Notes under the pieces: generated by a model
The model's input: the letters and a program-made list of their open reading frames with translations, nothing else
Database searches by the model: none
What the model was told of the DNA's origin: nothing
Assembly (NCBI RefSeq): GCF_004010195.1
Contig: NC_057756.1
Coordinates: forward strand, 3,875,577 to 3,895,576
Length of the DNA stretch: 20,000 bases
Reading direction: 5' to 3'
Source of the DNA: Chiloscyllium plagiosum
Taxonomy: Eukaryota
In this document: in pieces, positions 1 through 8,831 of the stretch
How positions within the stretch are numbered: the stretch's first letter is position 1
How the letters are laid out: each line of letters begins with the position of its first letter
Translations under genes and position numbers: made by a program

Positions 1-582
1 TTGATAACAGACGGCATCGACACAGTAGGAATATATCCATTTGTAATGTGCACAGATTTTATGGTTAAAAAGAAGTTTAGAGTCATTTTGTAAAACTGCT
101 AATCGTGATAAATTCCGGCGACTCAGAGGTTGTCATTTTTCTGCATCTCATTCAATCAACGTGTTATGGATTCGGGACCTTTGCGATTCCTTCCAGGAAG
201 ATGGATGAAAGCTGGCAACTAGAATTTGAGTGAATTTCATTGTTGATGTTTAAATGCATGTTGTTCCAATAAATAACTTTTCTGAGGTAGTCTATTTTGC
301 TTGAGTTGTAGCATGTAAAAGCTGATGAAATTTGAGAAATTTAAAGATATAAACAATTTTTGAACAGACCGTGTGTAACACTGTAAACGGGAAGAGTGAT
401 TTCAATGTTGTGGTCGTCTCTACCGGACAAAACGTTTTAGATTAACAATGTTTAAAAATCAGACATTACAATAGATTGCAACTCACTGCCGCAGTCGGTC
501 GTGGAATATCAGTGATTTACTGTTTGATGACAGAGAAATGTTACTTTTTTACACAAACCATCCATGTTACCGGATTGATAAA

Positions 583-682
583 TGGGATTATGGTATGTTA
601 TGAACAAGAAGAATAGCCATGACCTGAATGAATGATGAGGCAGACTTAACAGGCTAAATGTTTACATCTGCTATTAATCCCC
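583..682 (+). mobile_element. Very old CR1-type 3' tail remnant
   Basis: AGCCATGACCTGAATGAATG...GCAGACT...GGCTAAATG...CTGCTATTAAT resembles a common CR1 3' UTR ending; recognised by eye only. Confidence 0.45.
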
Positions 683-1269
683 TTGACTGCAGGTTCGTTA
701 TGCCAATCCAAAATGCAACAAATATGGGCTGCACGTATTTTTCTCCCTTTAGTGCACAGTGAATGTTGTCAAAATACTATGTAGAAGAACTTGTGGGAAT
801 TCACGATGAGAACCTTTTAACATGAAAATGAACACTGGCAATGTAGGACAGGAAGAAACATGTTGAACATTAATTCCGTTAATTCCTTTGTTTCCATTAC
901 TTGTAGAGCTCAGTCAGGCAGAAGATAGAATGAAGATATTAGGTGAGTCTTCATTAAATTTACACAGACTTGGACAATATCATTTGGAATGCAGACTACT
1001 GACTGCCTTAGAAGTACTGATGTCCTGATATTCAATACACCACATAACGGCTGAGACAAAGACAGCGGCTGCAATACCTCTAGATAATAACCGATGGCTC
1101 TCGTTGTAATTCGAAATTTGATAATTTCTGCACATTTTGCAACACTATTCGTGCTTTCACATACGTCTGCTGATATTTTGCACTTATGCAATAAATGGTG
1201 GAAGTTGAAGGGGCAGGCGACATTGAACTGATTGTGGTATTCGAATCAGTATCAAATAAACCTAATGAT

Positions 1270-1490
1270 GATATAAAGCAACCAGATTACCCCATGTTCG
1301 ACGAGTCCAAAAGTAACAAGGTCGTCCAAAATACGTGAATAACATTTTTTCTCTGAATGATGTCTGACAAATCAGCTCCCTTGTGCTAGAATCGTTCATT
1401 TGTGAAATCTATGACAAGTACAGGCCAAGAAACTATAAATTCAGCAAAGCTCTTTTCGAGAGGATATAAGCAGATGTTGAAGCGATTGAC
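1270..1490 (+). mobile_element. Possible very old CR1 3'-region remnant
   Basis: Patchy resemblance to the CR1 C-terminal region (GAGTCCAAAA.., TTTTTTCTCT.., TTTGTGAAATCT). Confidence 0.3.
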
Positions 1491-3004
1491 ACATAGAAAA
1501 CTTTTCTTTTCAGCCCAATATTCATTGTGTTTCAAATCGCAGGAAAGAACAGAATATAATTTTATCGACCTGTCCTGTGCTGTATGAAATGCATGATCAT
1601 CAAGTACTAAAAGATTTTAAATCATAATGAATGTCATTTGTGTTTGTAAAATCTTGGTGACCGTCCTCTCCCAGATATGCTGCCTACATTAAGTAAACTA
1701 CTGATGTTTGAGTTGCTGTAAGGTTCTTGTTTGTATGATGGAAAGCCATACCACGCCGGTTGGCTGTTATATCATTCTTAAAAGCTATGCATACTGCTAC
1801 AACTCTGTAAATCAATTGAAAGAAGGAACTCCATTCATTTCTTGATACGTTTGTTAGCTGTTAGTTTGTTATTTCAATGAATTAAATGACCGTACTAACT
1901 AAGAACAACTCAGTATTTTTGCATTATTCACTCTCAAATATCCATGCCAGGACATGCAAAAAGGTTTTTAGTCGCGCCTCAAAACTTATAGAAGATAGAA
2001 CATTACAGCACAGTACAGGCTTTTTGGCCCTCGATGTTCCGCCGCCGTGTCACACTAATCTGAAGCCCATCCCACCTACACTATTCCATGTACGTCCATA
2101 TGCCTGTCCAGTGACGACTTAAATGCACTTAAACTTGGCGAATCTACTACCATTGCAGGCAAAGCGTTGCATACCCTTACTAATGTCTGAGTAAAGAAAC
2201 TACCTCTGACACCTCTCTTATATCTATCTCCCCTCACTTTAAAGTTGTGTTGCCTCGTGTTTGCTGTCCCCATACTTGGAAAAAGGCTCTCCCTGTCCAC
2301 CCTAACTAACCCTCTGATTGTCTTGCATGTCTCTATTAAGTTACCGCTCAACCTTCTTCTCTCTTACGAGAACAGCCTCAAGGCCCTCATCCTTTCCACG
2401 TAAGACATTCCTTCCATACCAGGCAACATCCTAGTAAATCTCCTCTGCACCCTTTCCAAAGCTTCCACATCCTTCTTATAATGCGGTGATCAGAACTATA
2501 CACAATACTCCAAGTGTGGCCGTACCAGAGCTTTGTACAGCTGCAGCATAACCTCCTGGTTCCGGAACTCAATCCCCCTATTAATAAAGGCCAAAACACT
2601 GTATGTCTTCTTAACAACCCTGTCAATCTAGGTGGCAACTTTCAGGGATCTGTGTACATGTACACCGAGATCTCTCTGATCATCTGCACTCCCAAGAATC
2701 TTACCATTTGCCCAGTATTTTGCATTCCGATTACTCCATCCAAAGTGTATCACCTCACACTTGTCAACATTAAATTCCATTTTCAATCTCTCAGCCCAGC
2801 TCTTCATCCTATCTATGTCTCTCTGCAACATACTACATCCTTTGTCACGATCCACAACTCCATTGACCTTCGTGTCGTCCGCAAATTTACTAACCCACTC
2901 TTCTAAGCCCTCATCCAGGTCATTTATAAAAATGACGAACGACAGTGGACCTGACAAAGACCCTTGCGGTACGCCGCTAGTAACTGGACACCAAGATGAA
3001 CATG

Positions 3005-3177
3005 AGAGAAAGTGAGGGCTGCAGATTCTGGAGATCAGAGCTGAAAATGTGTTGCTGGAAAAGCGCAGCAGGTCAGGCAGCATCCAAGGAACAGGAGAAG
3101 GCTTATGCCCGAAACGTCGGTTCTCCTGTTCCTTGGATGCTGCTGACCTGATGCGCTTTTCCAGCAACACATTTTCA
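3005..3177. mobile_element. Short foldback non-autonomous element (Penelope pLTR-like, partial hammerhead) inserted in the CR1 RT
   Basis: 15-bp TSD ACCAAGATGAACATG at 2990-3004 and 3178-3192. Inverted arms 3042-3099 and 3121-3177. Loop GGCTTATGCCCGAAACGTCGG. Confidence 0.9.
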
Positions 3178-3757
3178 ACCAAGATGAACATGTTCCATCA
3201 ACTACCACCCTCTGTTTTCTTTCAGCACGCCAATTAATTATTCAAACTGCTTTGTCTCCCACAATCCCATTCCTCTGCATTTTGTTTAATAGCCTACTAT
3301 GGGGAACCCTATCGAATGCCTTGCTGAAATCCATATTCACCACATCAACCTGTTCACTCTCATCTACCTGTTTGGTCACTTTGTCAAAAAACTCAATAAG
3401 ATTCGTTAGGCACGATCTACCCTTCACAAAACCGTGCTGACTGTCCCTAGTCAGATTATACTTTTCTAGATGGTTATAAATCTTATCTCTTATTACCTTT
3501 TCCAACACTTTACCAACAACTGAAGTGAGACTCACTGGTCTGTAATTACCAGGGTTTTCTCTACTAACCATTTTGAACAAGAGAATCACATTTGTTGTCC
3601 TCCAGTCCTCAAACACTATTCCTGTCGACAATGATTATTTGAAGATCAATGCCAAAGGCTTGGCAATCCCTTCCTTTGCTTCCCAGTCGATCCAAGGATA
3701 GATCCCATCCAGCCCTGGGGACTTGTCTATTTTCACACTCTGCAATATTTCTAATAC

Positions 3758-3974
3758 GTTGAAACTTTATTGCAGGAACAGCACAGCAGGTCAGGCAGCA
3801 TCCAGGGAACAGGAGATTCGACGTTTCGGGCACAGGCCCTTCTTCATTCCTGAAGAAGGGCCTGTTTCCAAAACGTCGAATCTCCTGTTCCCTGGATGCT
3901 GCCTGACCTGCTGTGCTGTTCCAGCAATAAATCAACTTTGATCTCCAGCATCTGCAGACCTCACTTTCTCCTCG
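3758..3974. mobile_element. Short foldback non-autonomous element (Penelope pLTR-like, hammerhead at centre) inserted in CR1 ORF2
   Basis: 14-bp TSD AATATTTCTAATAC at 3744-3757 and 3975-3988. About 80-bp inverted arms 3766-3846 and 3851-3931 around TTCC. The unpaired tail GATCTCCAGCATCTGCAGACCTCACTTTCTC is shared, in opposite orientation, with the 3005 element. Confidence 0.92.
3846..3881 (+). ncRNA. Minimal type I hammerhead ribozyme motif (mutated copy)
   Basis: ATTC-CTGAAGA-A-GGGCCTGTTTCC-AAAAC-GTC-GAAT. Stem I (ATTC/GAAT), the CUGANGA box and the GUC site are present. The opposite arm preserves intact stem II and GAAA (GGGC-CTGT-GCCC-GAAAC-GTC). Confidence 0.7.
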
Positions 3975-5349
3975 AATATTTCTAATACCTCTTCCTTGTG
4001 AACCTCAATTTCTTCGAGTTTAGATGGAATTGTCTCTGTATCTTTCTCGCCAACATTTTCATTTTCTATAGTGAACACTGTCGAAAAATATTTATTTAGT
4101 GCTCCCCTATCTCCTCTGACTCCATACACAACTTCTTACAATTATCCTTGATTGGCCCTAATTTAACTCTCGTCATTCTTTTATTCCTGACAAAACTATG
4201 GAAAGACTTAGGGTCAACGCTGATCCTATCCACCAACAACTTATCACGTCTCCTCCTGGCTCTTCTGAGCTCTCTTTTTAGGTCTTTCCTGTCTTCCGTG
4301 TAACCTTCAAGCGCCCTAACTGAGTTTTCTCATTTTGTCCCAACAAAAGCCTTCTTCTTGACCAGGGATTCCACTTCCTTAGTAAACCACGGCTCACACA
4401 TTCTATATCTTCCTCCCTGCCTGACAGGTACATACTTATCTAGGACGCACAGGAGTTTTTCCTTGAATAAGCTCCACATTTTTAATGTGCTGCAGTTTCC
4501 TTCCCCATTCTACGCTTCCGAAGTCTTTCCTAATTGCTTCGTAATTTCCCTTCTCCCAGCTGTAACTCTTGCTTGGTGGAGTAAACCTATCCCTTTCCAT
4601 CACTGAAGTAAACCTGACAGAATTGTGATCGCTGTCTCCAAAGTGCTCACCTACTTCCAAATCTAACACCTTGCCAGGCTCGTTTCCCAGTACTAAATCG
4701 AAAGTGGCTTCGCCCCTTGTAGGCCTGCCTCCATACTGTGGCAGGAAACGCTCCTGCACACATTGGACAAAAACTCACCCATCTATAGTACCTGTACTGT
4801 AGTGATCCCAGTCAATATTTGGATCGGTGAAGTCCCCCATGACAACTACCCTGCCTCTCTCACTCCTAAAGAGAATCATCTTTGCTATCCTTCCCACTAC
4901 ATCACTGAGTGTATTCGGAGGTTTGCAGAACACTTCCAGCATGGTGACTTCTCCTTTCCTGTTTCTAACCACAGCCCATACTACCTCAGTTAACGAGCCC
5001 CCAAAGACCCTTTGTACAACTGTAATATTGTCCCTGATCAACAATGCCACACCTCCCCCTCTTTTGACATCTTCTCTGTTCTTACTGAAACATCCGAATC
5101 CTGGAACCTGCAGTAGCCATTCCTGTCCCTGCTCTATCCATGTCTCCGTAATGACCACAACATCGAAGTCCTAGGTACCAACCCACACTGCAAGTTCATT
5201 CACTTTATTTCGGATTCTCCTCGCATTAAAGTACGCACACTTCAAACCAGGTGCTTGCTTGCCAGTGTCAGATACTTGATTTTAGAACTCCCTACTCTCA
5301 TCCTCTTCTGTTCCTGTCCTATAATTTTGGTTCCCATCCCCCTGCTGTA

Positions 5350-5603
5350 TTAGTTTAAATCCACGTTAATAGCTTTAGCGAATTTCCCACCCAGAATATT
5401 GGTACCCCGCTGGTTTAGGTAAAGACCATCCTGCTTGTAGACGTCCGACCTACCCCAGAAATAGCTCAAATTATCCAAAAACCCGAAACCCTCCCTCCTG
5501 CACAATCTCTGTAGCCACGTGATCTACTTCTTTCTCTCCGTGTTCCTCACCTCACTAGCACGGGTAGCAAACCAAAGAAAACATCTCAGTTTGTCCTGGC
5601 TCT
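5350..5603 (-). pseudogene. C-terminal remnant of CR1 ORF1 (SGNH/GDSL esterase-like)
   Basis: Manual translation gives RARTN*DVFFGLLP / RASEVRNTER / WLQRLCRREGFGFLDNLSYFWGRSDVYKQDGLYLNQRGTNILGGKFAKAINVDLN*. DGLYLN corresponds to the DGLHL block of CR1 ORF1 esterases. Stop codon at 5350-5352. Confidence 0.85.
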
Positions 5604-5649
5604 GTTCTACTTACCCTTCGCAGAAGTCCTATGCTCGCTCCTCCCTCAC

Positions 5650-5908
5650 TGGCCTGAAGTTAAGAAGTTTAAATATACTTACCGGCCTTCCCAACAATCA
5701 CTTCGCACCAACATCACCTCCTCCCGGCTCCCGCCTCCTGCCTCCCGCCTCCCGCCTCCCGCCTCCCGCCTCCCGCCTCCCGCCTCTCACTGCTCCGAAG
5801 TGGACCGTTGGTCTAAAGTTAAGAAGTCTAAATATACTTACCGGCCTTCCCAACAATCACCTCGCACCAACGTCACCTCCTCCCGGCTCCCGCCTCTCGC
5901 TGCTCCGA
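5650..5908 (-). repeat. Two tandem monomers in the CR1 5' UTR, one with a (CCTCCCG)n expansion
   Basis: 5650-5798 and 5809-5908 are near-identical. The first is 49 bp longer because of seven extra CCTCCCG-type heptamers (array about 5718-5786). Confidence 0.9.
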
Positions 5909-7434
5909 TGTGCTTTGAAGTGCTGTTTCAGTTTTAAGTCACAAAAGGCCAAACGATAAATATAGTAAAACAAAAAGATAATACAGTCGAATGATCACAA
6001 ATGGATCGGTAGTGCACTCAGAGTAGATGCCCCCCTCACTTTCTCTGTACTGATGCTTTACAATATGTCAGCTTTGCAGTGGTCAGGTTGTGCAAGTATC
6101 ATCAAAAAATCACTATTGGTCTTCTGACTGTGAAGAATCATCTATGTGCTGTGCTTCCAACAGAAAACCATCCAAAAATGATATCTGCATTTGAGCAATT
6201 TTGTATCATTTGTGAATTTATGTTCACAATTCGAAATGTTGTTCGGAAGTGAGAGATAATTTAACAATTCCACGTTTTTAAAACTAAAATTTTATTGAAA
6301 AAGAAATGATGTCATATATTTGCTCTGACAGAGCGTCAACTTGACGACCAAATTAAAAGTAAGTGTTTATTTTATTGTCCTCTGATTTGTATCAAAATTC
6401 TCCGAGTTATATCAAGCTTTTGAGTGAACGCTCTTTCTTGACTTTATTCGAACTGACCTCTTTCCACTGAAATGCGATTGTTTTAGAGCTGAAAGATAAA
6501 TGTGGAAGTGAAGGCAAGTATTCACCTGTGAATGAGCAAATATGCTTTCCCGTACGTTTGATGCAATATAGGAATAAATGAATAATGTTTTGTACAATCA
6601 TTATTATATTGACAAAACTAAAACACTGTTGAACACATGCCAAAAAAAAACATATTCTGGTGCTGGTGTACCGTTGCTCTTCTTATAATGTTATGACTTA
6701 TTAATGCTTTAACACGTGACAGATTGCTGTACTGTAAAAATAATTAAAATTTGAATTTGTGTCACTGGATGAGATTTTTTAAATGTGCCAGATAACGGTC
6801 AGGTACTTTTTCTTAGTAGCTTTTGAGATACACAGAGAGCAGATAAAGACACAATTGTTATATAGTCCTGTATAGTGAGGTCAGATGTAAGCATTTATCA
6901 TTGTGCATTTTAAAGAATCAGACAACAACCAGCAATAAATCTCCACAATATGTGAATACTTATTGTCACATAAAATGAAGCAGAATTGTTATGTGAGTTG
7001 ATTAGATTATTAACTAAATCATATTTGCTTATACACTGCGGACATTATAAATGTTTGAACACCATATACAACAGGTATGGTTGGCACCAAGGCTGAATTT
7101 TTAGCTCATGGAATTCCTTTCATCTTGCTCTTTCTCTTTGCAGAATATTTTGAACTCCAACGTTCCGGTCCTGTGGAGTTTAATATGAAGGAGTGAGATT
7201 AGATAACACCTTCTACCACATTATTATTAGCACCACAACCGTCATCATTCTAGCAAGAAAGGTGCATGTAACAGTTTTCTTTCTTCTCTCATGCCTTGGA
7301 AAAACATCATATATATGCAGGTTAACGTACGTTTTTTGGGAGGCAAAAAAAATTATTTGTCTTGCAACAATCCATTCGTGTATCACTTTCTACTATATTT
7401 TGGAATTCCACATTTTCTTCTGGTACCAATAATC

Positions 7435-7570
7435 ATTGATTCCCTTGCCAGAGAAGAACAAATTTAGGCATCTCTGCTTTGGAAATAATTAATGATGCGA
7501 CTTCTACAGCCTTCTGAAGAAGATCTAGAAATATACAAGGTGAAGGCTCTTCATTTCTAGTCTGAAAGAG
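7435..7570 (-). mobile_element. Possible very old CR1 3'-region remnant
   Basis: CCCTTGCC..ATCTCTGCTTTGGAAATA..CTTCTACAGCCTTCTG resembles the reverse complement of a CR1 3' region. Confidence 0.35.
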
Positions 7571-7826
7571 CAGCCGAAATTAAAAAGGAAACACTTGTCC
7601 CCTGACATTTGACGAGTAAACCTTCTATTCAGAAAAGAAAAAGTCAGGCTGTCATAAACCTCATAGAGTCCCTCCAGCGTGGAATCAGTCCATTCGGCAC
7701 AAAACTCGGATGAGTAACCCACTCGCCTCCGCTATTATCCTTACTAATGCGCCTAAACTTCACATCCCTGAACACTATGGACAATGTAGCATTGTCAATT
7801 CATCTAACCTGCACATTACTAGATTG

Positions 7827-7981
7827 TGGAAGGAAGCCGGAACAACCAATCAAAGACACGCAGTCACAGGGAAAACGTGTAAACTTTTCCCCGTTTTCCC
7901 TGTGACTGCGTGTTTTTGATTGGTTGTTCCGGCTTCCTTCCACCAATCAAAACACGCAGTCACAGGGAAAACGTGTAAACT
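7827..7981. repeat. Direct-inverted-direct triplication of SINE sequence
   Basis: 51-bp inverted repeat 7827-7877 / 7892-7942 (one mismatch), followed by a direct re-copy of about 7846-7885 at 7942-7981. Confidence 0.92.
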
Positions 7982-8160
7982 TCCTATCTTCCTGGTGGTG
8001 GAAATTGAATAAAGATTCGTTCACTTTGTGTCTTTCACTGTGTCTCACAGCTGCACACACACGCCATGGGTGCTGGGGGAAAAAAAAAATAAGCACTACC
8101 GCACTTAGGTGGTAGTGTGGGGAAAAAAAAAGAAGAAAGGAAAAAAAATAGAAAATAAAT
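7982..8160 (+). mobile_element. 3'-terminal fragment of an unidentified A-tailed retroelement
   Basis: AATAAA at 8008-8013, 9-bp stem-loop CACTACCGC-ACTTAG-GTGGTAGTG at 8094-8117, A-rich tail to 8160. Flanked by ACGTGTAAACT (7971-7981) and ACGTGTAACCT (8161-8171). Confidence 0.65.
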
Positions 8161-8659
8161 ACGTGTAACCTCCACACAGCAACTCACCCGCAGCCAGATC
8201 GAACCTGAGTCCTTGACGGTGGGAGGCAGCACTGCTTGCAACTGAGCCACCATGCTGGCCAAATTGAAACGACACCTTTACTCTATTAAAGGATAAACAT
8301 CTTAACACCAGAACAGGTAAACATTCCGCATAAGATATATAGATCTCAAAAGTTTTCGATACAATTAACCTGCACTGAACTATATATAATATAATCTCAT
8401 CATTCCTTCACTTGGGAGACATAAATCAGTCACAATTTCCGTGAAGTTGACTCACGAGTGCACTGTGAGATGGATGAAATTTCTTTGACAGAAAAATGAC
8501 AGAAGACATGTCACTACATAAAATTGCGTTACCTGAAGGCCGAATTTCAGAACCAAGTCCGGAAAAAACAAAACCGCACCACATTTTGAAAATCTGCAGT
8601 GCTTATTCAATATTTTGTTGTATTCTTCTGGTCAATATGAGCAGTTTTAAGTTGCATTG

Positions 8660-8831
8660 CATCTTGCTCAATCAGCCAGCTTTATGTGAACTCGGTTAAC
8701 ATAACTATTCAACAGTGTCATCTTCACAGAATGGGTGCCAAAGAATTGCCACTGGACTCGAAACGTTTACTCTGTTATCTTTGAACATATACTGTCCCAT
8801 TTGCTGAGATGCAACAAGTTATTTTTGTTTC
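8660..8831. mobile_element. Highly decayed copy of a hammerhead-bearing foldback element
   Basis: CCAAAGAATTGCCACTGGACTCGAAACGTTTACTCTG at 8738-8774, followed by a decayed ...TGCTGAG...TTTTTGTTT arm. Faint opposite arm GTTAAC...CAGTGTCATCTTC. Confidence 0.45.

Larger units (their letters stand above)
2076..5245 (-). pseudogene. CR1 ORF2 (AP endonuclease + reverse transcriptase), disrupted by frameshifts, stops and insertions
   Basis: ORF-track fragments 4775-5158 and 4436-4759 (endonuclease), 3242-3631 and 2628-3191 (RT, KFADDTKV) and 2076-2351 (HNFKVRG...RGSFFTQ) lie in different frames. The N-terminus reads LKCAYFNARRIRNKVNEL near 5245. Confidence 0.93.
1988..5908 (-). mobile_element. CR1-clade (HER1-like) LINE, decayed, spanning 5' UTR to 3' tail, with internal ORF1 deletion and two nested insertions
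   Basis: Minus-strand order is: GC-rich tandem 5' UTR (5650-5908), SGNH-like ORF1 C-terminus, APE motifs (YFNAR, ITETW, GGGVALLI, MGDF, SDHN), RT motifs (NYRPVSLTS, QHGFVKGRSCLTNL, DFSKAFD, SGVPQGS, FADD), CR1 C-terminal domain, then 3' tail ...GGCCAAAAAGCCTGTACTGTGCTGTAATGTTCTATCTTCTAT. No TSD recognised. Confidence 0.95.
7651..8260 (-). mobile_element. Diverged HE1-type V-SINE interrupted by a local rearrangement and an insertion
   Basis: Minus strand reads GGCCAGCATGGTGGCTCAGTTGCAAG (A box) ... CAGGTTCGATC (B box) at 8161-8260. V-domain and tail sequence (GTGCAGGTTAGATGAATTG...ACTCTATGA) at 7651-7885 is homologous to the 16194 copy. Confidence 0.85.

Noticed and set aside
694..734. Candidate plus-strand micro-exon after CCCTTGACTGCAG
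   Set aside because: Weak donor (GTATTT), and the acceptor overlaps a probable CR1 tail remnant.
3766..3931. Long hairpin as pre-miRNA, terminator or DNA-transposon MITE
   Set aside because: It is multi-copy with asymmetric arms that do not reach both ends, has 14-15 bp TSDs and has a hammerhead core; this fits a Penelope-derived element better.
2514..5174. Several plus-strand ORFs of 60-130 aa
   Set aside because: Antisense shadows of CR1 ORF2.
5650..5908. Direct repeats as a CRISPR array or LTR pair
   Set aside because: Eukaryotic context, only two adjacent units, no spacer series and no internal retroviral region.
5519..5959. 146-aa plus-strand ORF with proline-rich repeats
   Set aside because: Antisense read-through of the CR1 5' UTR monomers and heptamer repeat.
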